Positions 28,657 through 37,270 of a stretch of 64,000 bases of DNA are shown here, in pieces. Each line of letters starts with the position of its first letter. Within the stretch, counting starts at the first letter, position 1. The stretch is from Caproicibacter sp. Its GTDB lineage: Bacteria; Bacillota; Clostridia; Oscillospirales; Acutalibacteraceae. The DNA is taken from NCBI GenBank assembly GCA_036844765.1, contig DAIUFE010000001.1, positions 45,921-109,920 of the forward strand. The letters are read 5' to 3'. A program made the position numbers and the translations under genes. The notes beneath the pieces were generated by a model. That model searched no databases. It was not told the origin of the DNA and saw nothing but the letters and a program-made list of their open reading frames with translations.

Positions 28657-28693
28657 CTGCAACATTTTTTACGTCCGCTGCAATTTTCGTCCG
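28657..28693 (+). repeat. imperfect tandem direct repeat in the aconitase leader
   Basis: CTGCAACATTTTTTACGTCCG is followed immediately by CTGCAATTTTCGTCCG. A second direct repeat, GGGATTC-ctgtc-GGGATTC, lies at approx. 28615-28633. Confidence 0.6.
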
Positions 28694-28740
28694 GGCGCGG
28701 CCGGGGTTCTCGACATCAAAAGGGAAAAGAGGGGCCAAAA

Positions 28741-30681
28741 ATGGGGCTGACGCTGGCTCAGAAGATCATAAAGAAGCACCTGCTCAGCGGCGAAATGACC
28801 GTCGGGAGCGAGATCGGGCTCAAAATCGACCAGACCCTGACGCAGGACGCGACGGGGACCATGGCTTATCTGGAATTTGAAGCGATGGGGGTGCCGCGCG
28901 TCAAAACGGAGCGGTCCGTCGCCTACGTGGACCACAACACCCTTCAGACGGGGTTTGAGAACGCGGACGACCACCGGTTCATCCGGTCCGCCGCGAGAAA
29001 GTTCGGAGTCTATTATTCCCGCCCGGGCAACGGGATCTGCCACCAGGTCCATCTGGAACGGTTCGGCGTGCCCGGCAAAACGCTGATCGGCTCCGACAGC
29101 CACACCCCCACGGGGGGCGGCCTCGGGATGCTCGCCATGGGGGCGGGCGGTCTCGACGTGGCGGCCGCCATGGGCGGCGGGCCGTATTATATCGCGATGC
29201 CGAAGATTCTGCGCGTGGAGCTGACGGGGAAGCTGCCGCCGTGGGTCGGCGCGAAGGACGTGATCCTCGAGGTCCTGCGCCGGCTCTCCGTCAAGGGCGG
29301 CGTGGGAAAGATTCTGGAATACGGCGGCGAGGGGGTGAAGAGCCTCTCCGTCCCCGAGCGCGCCACCATCGCCAACATGGGGGCGGAGCTCGGCGCCACG
29401 ACGTCGGTCTTTCCGTCCGACGAGGTCACGCGCGGATTCCTCAAAGCGCAGGGCAGGGAAGGGGACTGGACGGAGCTGCTGCCGGACCCCGGCGCGGAAT
29501 ACGACGGGACCCTCCGCCTTGACCTTTCGTCCCTCGCGCCGCTCGCGGCCTGCCCGTACAGCCCGGACGCGGTGAAGGAGGTGGCGCAGATCGGGCCGAT
29601 CAAAATCGACCAGGTCTGCATCGGCTCCTGCACCAACTCCTCCTACCGGGATCTGATGCGCGTGGCCTCCATCCTGAAAGGGAAGACCGTCCACCCGGAC
29701 GTGAGCCTGACGATCTCGCCCGGTTCCCGGCAGGTGTACCGCATGCTGGCGGAAAACGGCGCGCTCGCCGACCTGATCGGCTGCGGCGCGCGGATCCTGG
29801 AGTGCGCGTGCGGGCCGTGCATCGGCATGGGGCAGGCCCCCGGCTCGGGCGGCGTCTCGCTGCGCACGTTCAACCGCAACTTCCTCGGGCGCTCCGGCAC
29901 CGCGGACGCCCGGGTCTATCTCGTCAGCCCGGAGACGGCCGCGGCTTCCGCCCTCGCGGGGGTGCTGATGGACCCGAGGGCCCTGGGGGAAGAAACGCCG
30001 GTCGGCGACCCCGGTTCCTTCGAGGCGGACGACGGCATGATCCTTCCGCCCGCGCCGCCGGAGGAAGCGGAAAGCGTCCGCATCCTGCGCGGGCCGAACA
30101 TCAAGGGCTTCCCGAAAACCTCCCCGCTGCCGGAAAGCATCCGCGCGAAGGCTCTGCTCAAGGTCGGGGACAACATCACGACCGACCACATCATGCCGGC
30201 CGGCTCCAAAATTCTGCCGTACCGGTCGAACATCCCCTATCTTTCGCAGTTTTGCTTTGCGGTTTGCGACAGAGAATTTCCCGAGCGCTGCAAAAAATAC
30301 GGGACCGGCGTCATCGTGGGCGGCGCGAACTACGGGCAGGGCTCCTCGCGGGAGCACGCCGCGCTTGTGCCGCTGTACCTCGGCATCCGCGCCGTGCTCG
30401 CGAAAAGCTTCGCGCGCATCCACTGCGCGAACCTGGTCAACGCGGGCATCCTGCCGCTCGTATTCCTCGACGAAAAAGACTATGACGGCGTCGACGCGAT
30501 GGACGACCTCGAGCTTCCGGACGTCCGGCAGGCCGTGGCTGCGGGGACGGAGATCGCCGTCCGCAACCGGACGAAAGGAACGGAGTTCCGCGCCCGGGCC
30601 GTGCTGACGCCGCGCCAGCGCGCGGTCGTCCTGGCCGGCGGCCTTCTCGACTACACGCGTGAAAAAGGCGGAAGGGGATAA
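28741..30681 (+). CDS. aconitate hydratase (approx. 640-aa short aconitase type)
   Basis: 646-aa ORF with IDQTLTQDATG, GSDSHT and CIGSCTNSS / CGPCIGMG Fe-S ligand motifs plus a swivel domain (GANYGQGSSREHAA). Confidence 0.92.
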   Translation: MGLTLAQKIIKKHLLSGEMTVGSEIGLKIDQTLTQDATGTMAYLEFEAMGVPRVKTERSVAYVDHNTLQTGFENADDHRFIRSAARKFGVYYSRPGNGICHQVHLERFGVPGKTLIGSDSHTPTGGGLGMLAMGAGGLDVAAAMGGGPYYIAMPKILRVELTGKLPPWVGAKDVILEVLRRLSVKGGVGKILEYGGEGVKSLSVPERATIANMGAELGATTSVFPSDEVTRGFLKAQGREGDWTELLPDPGAEYDGTLRLDLSSLAPLAACPYSPDAVKEVAQIGPIKIDQVCIGSCTNSSYRDLMRVASILKGKTVHPDVSLTISPGSRQVYRMLAENGALADLIGCGARILECACGPCIGMGQAPGSGGVSLRTFNRNFLGRSGTADARVYLVSPETAAASALAGVLMDPRALGEETPVGDPGSFEADDGMILPPAPPEEAESVRILRGPNIKGFPKTSPLPESIRAKALLKVGDNITTDHIMPAGSKILPYRSNIPYLSQFCFAVCDREFPERCKKYGTGVIVGGANYGQGSSREHAALVPLYLGIRAVLAKSFARIHCANLVNAGILPLVFLDEKDYDGVDAMDDLELPDVRQAVAAGTEIAVRNRTKGTEFRARAVLTPRQRAVVLAGGLLDYTREKGGRG

Positions 30682-30684
30682 AAT

Positions 30685-31431
30685 ATGGAGCGGCGCGCAG
30701 GGGGACTGACCGGAAACCAGATCAAATGGATCGCGATCTTCGCCATGCTGATCGACCATCTCGCGTGGGCGTTCGTGCCGACCTATTCCGCCCTGGGGCA
30801 GGCGATGCACATCGTCGGCCGCATCACCGCCCCGACCATGTGCTTTTTCATCGCGGAGGGCTACGCCCACACGCGCAGTGTGGGGCGGTACGCGCTTCGC
30901 CTGGGGATTTTCGCGCTGATCTCGCAGGCTCCGTTCACCTATTTCGAGACCGGGAAATTGCAGCTTTTCTCCGACCGGTTCCTGGCCACGGGCGACCCCT
31001 CGGAGGCTTTCAGCGTGATCTACACGCTGTTTCTCAGCCTGCTGGCGGTGTGGGCCTGGGATTCCATCCGGAGCGCGCTGCTGCGGTTCCTGGCCGTCGG
31101 CGGCCTGTGCATTCTCGCCCTGCCGGGCGACTGGATGTTCTTCGACGTGCTGTTTTCCGTCGTCTTCTGGATTTACCGGGACGACCGGCGGGAGCAGGCG
31201 AAACAGTTCGCCGTTTTGGCCGCCCTGACGGTGGCGACGTCCTGCGCGCTCGCGCTCCTCGCCGGGCAGCCGGCCTATACGCAGCTGTTCCAGGCGGGGC
31301 TGTTCCTGTGCCTCCCGATCCTGCTGCAGTACAACGGCGAGCGGGGCGGAAGCAGAAATTCCAAATGGACTTTTTACATCTTCTATCCGGCGCATCTGGC
31401 CGTCATCGGGTGGCTGGAAAGCTTACTCTGA
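30685..31431 (+). CDS. TraX-family membrane protein
   Basis: 248-aa multi-TM ORF with the N-terminal GNQIKWIAIFAMLIDHLAW signature of the TraX family. Confidence 0.75.
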   Translation: MERRAGGLTGNQIKWIAIFAMLIDHLAWAFVPTYSALGQAMHIVGRITAPTMCFFIAEGYAHTRSVGRYALRLGIFALISQAPFTYFETGKLQLFSDRFLATGDPSEAFSVIYTLFLSLLAVWAWDSIRSALLRFLAVGGLCILALPGDWMFFDVLFSVVFWIYRDDRREQAKQFAVLAALTVATSCALALLAGQPAYTQLFQAGLFLCLPILLQYNGERGGSRNSKWTFYIFYPAHLAVIGWLESLL

Positions 31432-31452
31432 AGTTTGGGAGGGCCTGCCGCA

Positions 31453-32664
31453 ATGGCTGAAAGAATCAGGATGAAAACCCCGCTGGTCGAGATGGACGGG
31501 GACGAGATGACGCGCGTGATCTGGCAGAAAATCAAGGAGATCCTTCTGATCCCGTATATTGACCTGAAAACGGAATATTATGATTTGGGGCTTCCAAACC
31601 GCGACGCCACGGACGACCGGGTGACGGCGGAAGCGGCGGAAGCGATGAAACGATACGGCGTGGGCGTCAAATGCGCGACCATCACGCCGAACGCGGACCG
31701 CGTGAAGGAATACGGGCTGAAAAAGATGTGGAAATCGCCCAACGGGACGATCCGCGCGATGCTGGACGGGACGGTCTTCCGCACGCCGATCCTGGTCCGG
31801 GGGATCGTTCCGCTGATCCCGGGGTGGAAAAAGCCGATCACCGTCGCCCGCCACGCCTACGGCGACATCTACCGCGCCGCCGAGCTGTCCGTCCCGGCCG
31901 GGGCGAAGGCGGAGCTGGTCGTCACGAAGGCGGACGGCGGCGTGGAGCGCGCGCCGATCCACGAGTTCGACACCCCCGGCGTGATCCAGGGGCAGTACAA
32001 TATCGACCGCAGCATCCGCGGCTTTGCGAGATCCTGCTTCCAGTTCGCGCTGGACGCGAAAAAGGACCTCTGGTTCGCCACGAAGGACACCATTTCAAAG
32101 AAATACGACCGCCGCTTCAAGGATATTTTCAGCGGGCTTTACGAGGCGGAGTACCGCGAAAAGTTCAGAGAGGCGGGCATCTCCTATTTTTACACGCTGA
32201 TCGACGACGCCGTCGCGCGGGTGATCCGCTCGGAAGGCGGGTTCGTCTGGGCCTGCAAGAACTACGACGGCGACGTGATGAGCGATATGGTCGCCACGGC
32301 GTTCGGCAGCCTGGCCATGATGACCAGCGTGCTGGTCTCGCCGGACGGCGTCTATGAATACGAGGCCGCGCACGGCACGGTGCAGCGCCATTACTATAAG
32401 TACCGGAATGGGGAGAAGACCTCCACCAACTCCATGGCGACGCTGTTCGCCTGGACGGGCGCGCTGAAAAAACGCGCCGAGCTGGACCGGCTCCCCGGAC
32501 TGGCGCGTTTTGCGGAAGAGCTGGAGCGCGCCTCCGTCCAGACGATCGAAGACGGGGTCATGACGGGCGATCTGGCGAGGATTTCGACCCTGCCGGACAA
32601 GCGCGTCGTCGAGACCGTGGAATTTCTGAATCAGGTTGGCCAAAGGCTTCGGGACCTGATCTGA
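31453..32664 (+). CDS. icd: NADP-dependent isocitrate dehydrogenase (eukaryote-like approx. 400-aa type)
   Basis: From ORF 31435..32664. ATG 31453 has GGGAGGG 9 nt upstream. Blocks VEMDGDEMTRVIW, KCATITP, NYDGDVMSD and AAHGTVQRHY support the call. Confidence 0.92.
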   Translation: MAERIRMKTPLVEMDGDEMTRVIWQKIKEILLIPYIDLKTEYYDLGLPNRDATDDRVTAEAAEAMKRYGVGVKCATITPNADRVKEYGLKKMWKSPNGTIRAMLDGTVFRTPILVRGIVPLIPGWKKPITVARHAYGDIYRAAELSVPAGAKAELVVTKADGGVERAPIHEFDTPGVIQGQYNIDRSIRGFARSCFQFALDAKKDLWFATKDTISKKYDRRFKDIFSGLYEAEYREKFREAGISYFYTLIDDAVARVIRSEGGFVWACKNYDGDVMSDMVATAFGSLAMMTSVLVSPDGVYEYEAAHGTVQRHYYKYRNGEKTSTNSMATLFAWTGALKKRAELDRLPGLARFAEELERASVQTIEDGVMTGDLARISTLPDKRVVETVEFLNQVGQRLRDLI

Positions 32665-32699
32665 AATGCGGCTTTTTAGATTTTGGGAGGAGTGATCGT

Positions 32700-33407
32700 A
32701 TGCCAAAGCGCGAAAATATCTCGATGTCGGTCATCCGGCGATTGCCCCGGTATTACCGGTTTCTGTTCCACCTTCGGGAGGACGGCGTCACAAGGATCTC
32801 CTCGACGGAACTTTCCGAGAAGCTGGGGCTCACCGCTTCGCAGATCCGCCAGGACCTGAACTGCTTCGGCGGCTTCGGGCAGCAGGGCTACGGCTACATG
32901 GTCGGCCCGCTCTGCGACGAGATCGGCAGGATCATCGGCCTTTCCAACGACTACAGGGCCGTTCTTCTGGGCGCGGGAAACCTCGGCCGCGCGATCGCGC
33001 TGCACATGTCCTTCCGCGCGGAGGGCTTCCAGCTGGTCGGCGTGTTCGACATCGCCCCGGAAAAGATCGGGGAACAGCTCGGGCGCCTGACCGTGCGGAA
33101 CGTCGCCGCGCTGGAGGATTTCTGCCAAGAGAACAAACCCGTCATGGCTGTGCTCTGCGTGCCCCGCGGTTCGGTGGAAACCCTCTCGGACCGCCTGTAC
33201 CGCGCGGGTATCCGGAATTTCTGGAATTTCAGCCATTACGACATCACCCTGAAATATCCGGATACTCTGGTGGAAAACGTGCATCTTAACGACAGCCTGA
33301 TGACCCTGTGCTACCGGATCTCCCATTCCGCGCCCCGCGCGGAAGCGGCCCGGCCGCACACGGGCGTCTCCGCAAGCGACAGTACGACAGCGATAAGGAG
33401 GATTTGA
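32700..33407 (+). CDS. rex: redox-sensing transcriptional repressor Rex
   Basis: 235-aa ORF with VIRRLPRYYRFL, QIRQDLNCFGGFGQQGYGY and a Rossmann GAGNLG motif. Confidence 0.93.
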   Translation: MPKRENISMSVIRRLPRYYRFLFHLREDGVTRISSTELSEKLGLTASQIRQDLNCFGGFGQQGYGYMVGPLCDEIGRIIGLSNDYRAVLLGAGNLGRAIALHMSFRAEGFQLVGVFDIAPEKIGEQLGRLTVRNVAALEDFCQENKPVMAVLCVPRGSVETLSDRLYRAGIRNFWNFSHYDITLKYPDTLVENVHLNDSLMTLCYRISHSAPRAEAARPHTGVSASDSTTAIRRI

Positions 33408-33408
33408 A

Positions 33409-33966
33409 ATGAGCTGGATTCCGTGGGCCGTCATCGCGGCGATCGTCGTGATCCTGATCCTGTGGGCGGTCTCCGCCTACAACAGGCTGGTCGCCTTTTC
33501 CGTCCGGGTCGACAACGGCTGGTCACAGATCGACGTTCAGCTGAAAAAACGGTTCGACCTGATCCCGAATCTCGTCGAAACGGTCAAGGGGTACGCCGCG
33601 CACGAAAAATCGACCTTTGAAGAAGTGACGAGATGGCGCAGCGCGGCGATGAGCTCCAAAACACCGGAGGAGGTCGTAAAAAACAACGAGGGCCTCTCGC
33701 GCGCGATCGTCAACCTGTTCGCCACCGCCGAACGGTACCCGGACCTGAAGGCCAACCAGAATTTCCTTGACCTGCAAAGACAGCTTCAGGAGATCGAATC
33801 GAAGATCGCCTTTGCGCGCCAGTTCTATAACGACACCGCCATGAAATACAACGAATACACGCTGCGGTTCCCGTCCAGCATCGTCGCCTCGATGTTCCAT
33901 TTCGTAAGAAGGCCGTATTTTGAGGTCGAAGAGGCCGCCAAAGCGGTTCCGCAGGTCAGGTTTTAG
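33409..33966 (+). CDS. lemA: LemA-family membrane protein
   Basis: 185-aa ORF with an N-terminal TM helix, then YNRLV...VDNGWSQIDVQLKKRFDLIPNLV and YPDLKANQNF, typical of LemA. Confidence 0.9.
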   Translation: MSWIPWAVIAAIVVILILWAVSAYNRLVAFSVRVDNGWSQIDVQLKKRFDLIPNLVETVKGYAAHEKSTFEEVTRWRSAAMSSKTPEEVVKNNEGLSRAIVNLFATAERYPDLKANQNFLDLQRQLQEIESKIAFARQFYNDTAMKYNEYTLRFPSSIVASMFHFVRRPYFEVEEAAKAVPQVRF

Positions 33967-34000
33967 CCGGGCCGGAACGAAGAGGCCGAAAGGGGAGCTT

Positions 34001-35980
34001 ATGTTTTACCGTCTTTTCAGAAAGGCCGGCCGCTTCCTTTCAGTCGCCGCGCTGGCCCTTGCGCTCTGCCTTTTTCCGGCCGGAAGCCCGGCTTTCGCCG
34101 CGTCGGGCGGACAGTCGATGGAAAAGCTCAGCGTCGAGCTGCGGCCCGCCCCGAACGGCGACGTCGCCGTGAAGCAGGTCTGGCGGGTCCGGCTCGAGGA
34201 CCGGGGCAGGCCCTACCGCAATCTCTATTTTTCGTACTCCCTGCCGCAGGGCGGGGAAAGTTCGGAGATGGTCTCGGAGCCCGCCGTCTACGACAACGAC
34301 CGCGGGGTCGCCTACGCCTACGCCGGGGACGTCGACCCCGAAAGCGTCTCCGGCGACGAGTTGGAGGGCCAGTGCTACCGGCACGTCTCGGGCGGCACGG
34401 TGGAGCTGGGGTGGTTCATGCCGGCCCTCGACGAGGGGACCCGCACGTTCACGCTGACCTACACCCTCCGCAACCTGATGCAGATCTACAGCGACACGGC
34501 GGAGCTGTACCTCTATCTCCTTCCGCAAAAATTCGGGCTGCCGGTGGAAGACCTGAGCGGTTCGGTGCTTCTCCCGAAAGGCGGCAAGCTCGGCGAAAAC
34601 CTGTGGGCCTGGCTGCACACCGACGTGCGGGACAGCGGGATCCAGTCGGGCACCGTGGACCGGGTCGATTTTTCGGCCCGGGGAATCCCGGCGGAAACCT
34701 CCGTTGAGCTGCGGGTCTGCGCGCCGGTTTCGCTTTTCCCGCTCTCGGAGAAGAAGTCGTCCGAAGCCGCCCTCGCCAGGATCCAGGCGGAGGAGCAGCG
34801 GGACGCCGACCGGGCGGCCGCCGCCGCGAACCGCGAATTCTGGCTCGGCGTCCTCGACGCCGTGGGCGCGGGTCTGCTGCTGGTCGTCGCGGTGATCCTG
34901 TTCGTCTGGGCCAGGCGCAAAAACCGGCGATTGAAAATCGACGCGCCGGAATATACGCGGGACATCCCGCCGGGCAACAGCCCGGCCGGCGTCGCAAACC
35001 TCTACTATTACTACGACGGCGTCGGGGAGAAGCAGAAAAACAGGATGTTCAGCGCGACTTTCCTGAGCCTCGCGCACAAGGGATACGTGCGCTTCCGGGA
35101 GGAAAACAAGGACTTCGCCGCGGAGCTGACCGAAAGCGCGGCCGGCGCGCCGCTCACGAAAAGCGAAACTGTGTTTTACAAGCTGATCTCCGAGGCGGCC
35201 GGAGAGTTCCAGGGCGCTTTCACCATGAAGCAGCTCAGGCAGTACGCCGAGAAGCATCCGCATTCCGTCAGCCGGGAGATGGACGATTTTCTGTCGGCTT
35301 CCCGCCGGGAGATCGCCGGGCGCGGTTATTTCCGGGATAAGCCGGCCTCCTACGGCGTTCTGAAGGCGGCGGGCATCGTGCTGATCGCCGCGGCTTTCGC
35401 GCTGTTCTTCGGCACCGGCGCCGGAAAGGCGCTGCTGGTCTATCTGCCGCTCTCGATGATCGTCTCCGGCTTCCTGCTGATCCTGGCCGGTTCCGTCAAA
35501 ATGAAGCTGAGCGAGAAGGGAGAACAGGATCTCGGCCTCTGGAACGGCCTCAAAAAATATATGCTCGAGTTTTCCCGCATGAAAGAATACGGCGTGCCGC
35601 AGCTCGCCCTGTGGGAGGAATATCTCGTCTACGCCACCATGATGGGCGTCTCGAAGGAAGTCTGCGCGCAGCTCAAGCTGGTCTATCCGCAGCTTTCCGA
35701 GGGCACGGGCGTGGGCTTCGACCCGTCGGCCGGTTTTCTGTACTACATGTTCTGGCCGCGCGCCTACGGCGGAGGCTTCTTCGGCGGCCGCGGATTCGGC
35801 GAGTCGCTGGGAGTCTCGCTCGGCGACATCGGCCGGGCTGCCACAAGGCTCGCGAACCCTCCCGCCAACGGGAACGGCGGCTTCGGCCGCGGCGGTTTCG
35901 GCGGCGGCGGTTTCGGAGGGGGAGGCTTCTCCGGCGGCGGGGGCGGCTTCGGCGGAGGCGGAGGCGGCGGCGTCCGCTGA
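34001..35980 (+). CDS. DUF2207-family membrane protein with a Gly-rich C-terminal tail
   Basis: From ORF 33920..35980, with the start moved to MFYRLFRKAG (signal-like). Extracellular N-terminal domain, internal TM helices, and a GGFGGGGFGGGGFSGGGGGFGGGGGGG tail. The LemA-DUF2207 pairing is a known conserved pair. Confidence 0.75.
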   Translation: MFYRLFRKAGRFLSVAALALALCLFPAGSPAFAASGGQSMEKLSVELRPAPNGDVAVKQVWRVRLEDRGRPYRNLYFSYSLPQGGESSEMVSEPAVYDNDRGVAYAYAGDVDPESVSGDELEGQCYRHVSGGTVELGWFMPALDEGTRTFTLTYTLRNLMQIYSDTAELYLYLLPQKFGLPVEDLSGSVLLPKGGKLGENLWAWLHTDVRDSGIQSGTVDRVDFSARGIPAETSVELRVCAPVSLFPLSEKKSSEAALARIQAEEQRDADRAAAAANREFWLGVLDAVGAGLLLVVAVILFVWARRKNRRLKIDAPEYTRDIPPGNSPAGVANLYYYYDGVGEKQKNRMFSATFLSLAHKGYVRFREENKDFAAELTESAAGAPLTKSETVFYKLISEAAGEFQGAFTMKQLRQYAEKHPHSVSREMDDFLSASRREIAGRGYFRDKPASYGVLKAAGIVLIAAAFALFFGTGAGKALLVYLPLSMIVSGFLLILAGSVKMKLSEKGEQDLGLWNGLKKYMLEFSRMKEYGVPQLALWEEYLVYATMMGVSKEVCAQLKLVYPQLSEGTGVGFDPSAGFLYYMFWPRAYGGGFFGGRGFGESLGVSLGDIGRAATRLANPPANGNGGFGRGGFGGGGFGGGGFSGGGGGFGGGGGGGVR

Positions 35981-36035
35981 CACGCGGCCGCGGTTTGAAC
36001 ACTCCCGGCTGCGCCGGGACTTCGGAGGAACGACT

Positions 36036-36224
36036 ATGAAAGATTACAGAGTCTTGCTGTTCGGGATCGCCCTGATTTTATTTGGGATCGCCTGTGAGGT
36101 AATGCTGATTGACCGCACGGATACCGGCGTGTGGTGGATCGTGAATAAAATAGGGGGAGCGGCGCCGTTTGTGGGGATCGTGGTGTCGGCGGTCGGACTA
36201 TCGACGGCAAACAGCGAAAAATAA
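36036..36224 (+). CDS. small two-TM membrane protein (hypothetical)
   Basis: 62-aa ORF with GGAGGAA 6-7 nt upstream and two hydrophobic helices. It is followed by a strong bidirectional terminator. Confidence 0.55.
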   Translation: MKDYRVLLFGIALILFGIACEVMLIDRTDTGVWWIVNKIGGAAPFVGIVVSAVGLSTANSEK

Positions 36225-36257
36225 GCCGAAGGTTCCGGTATTCCATTTGCAGGGACT

Positions 36258-36304
36258 AAAAGGACACAGCTGCGCGTCCGACGCACGGCTGTGTCCTTTT
36301 GCGC
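36258..36304. terminator. bidirectional terminator
   Basis: Perfect 13-bp stem AAAAGGACACAGC / GCTGTGTCCTTTT with A/T runs on both sides. It lies between convergent genes 36036..36224 and 36359..37270. Confidence 0.8.
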
Positions 36305-36358
36305 TTTCGCACTGCAAAGAAATCCCGGCGCGCTTTTCTGCGGCGCATCGGGAAGCTG

Positions 36359-37270
36359 TTATTGCAGCTCTTTGATATAGCGGGCGATATCATCCTCGTC
36401 TGTGGGATTCAGGCTGTTTCTCGTATGGAACAGGGAAAGGTTCTCGACGTGCCGGATGGTTTCGCCGGGCTCCACGCGGTACAGGGGGCTTAAAGATTCC
36501 AGCTCCGCGAAGTCCTTCCTCAGGCAGACCTCGCAGGAGGAGCCGAAATCCGGATAGGCCGCCTGCGGATTATGAACGTAGCGCTTCATCAGGGTGTATT
36601 TTTCGCCCGCGTAAGCGGCCCAGCCCAAAACGTCGTTGACGCCGATCTTGAGGGGCGTGCCGTTCTCCGGCTCGTGCCGCACGGTCAGGAAGCGGTCCCC
36701 CAAAAACACCCGGCCGTCCCGGAGGGCCGTCCCCGGCCAGAGCACGATCGCCCGGCTGGGGCGCAGCGAATCGCGGCCGTCCGTATTCTGCGGCAATACG
36801 GCGACGCCGCCGCCCTTCAGCATGGTCGCGGGCCACAGTCCGAAGTTTTTGGCCTCCCGCGAGCAGTTCTTGGCGGTGTGCACCACCATGATGTCCGAAG
36901 CGTCCTCGCCCATGAGAATCTCAAAGCCGGCCTGGATCTCCGTCGCCTTCTGTTTGGGCGCCGTGAACGAAACGCCCTCCGGCAGGACGCTGTAGACGAC
37001 GGGGGAGTCGTCCGGATCAAATCCGGCCGCCCGCACCGGGCTGAGCCAGAGCCGGTGCCCGCCGTAATAATAAAAGGTGCCGCCGCCCTCTTTGGGGCAG
37101 GGGAGGGCATAGCTCCGCTCCCGGTCCTCATACAGGACGTTCTCGGTTCCCTGAAAGCCGAAGAAAATGATCCGCGGCCCGAACTCTATCGTGACGACGG
37201 CGTCCAGAATTCCGTTGGTGATCCGGACGCATTTGCCGTAGTTTTCAAATTCGGTTTCCTGAACTTTCAA
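36359..37270 (-). CDS. hypothetical protein (approx. 303 aa, beta-rich; no family recognised with confidence)
   Basis: From ORF 36359..37342, with the start moved to TTG 37270 (GGAGGG 9 nt upstream; TTGA overlap with the tmcAL stop). There is no convincing motif. A weak impression of an aldose-epimerase-like sandwich is unverified. Confidence 0.55.
   Translation of the reverse strand: MKVQETEFENYGKCVRITNGILDAVVTIEFGPRIIFFGFQGTENVLYEDRERSYALPCPKEGGGTFYYYGGHRLWLSPVRAAGFDPDDSPVVYSVLPEGVSFTAPKQKATEIQAGFEILMGEDASDIMVVHTAKNCSREAKNFGLWPATMLKGGGVAVLPQNTDGRDSLRPSRAIVLWPGTALRDGRVFLGDRFLTVRHEPENGTPLKIGVNDVLGWAAYAGEKYTLMKRYVHNPQAAYPDFGSSCEVCLRKDFAELESLSPLYRVEPGETIRHVENLSLFHTRNSLNPTDEDDIARYIKELQ

Noticed and set aside
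35871-35980. GGC/GGN-rich tandem repeat DNA that looks like a microsatellite or repeat array.
   Set aside because: It is in frame within the DUF2207 gene and encodes that family's typical Gly/Phe-rich C-terminal tail. It is not a CRISPR array or a non-coding repeat.
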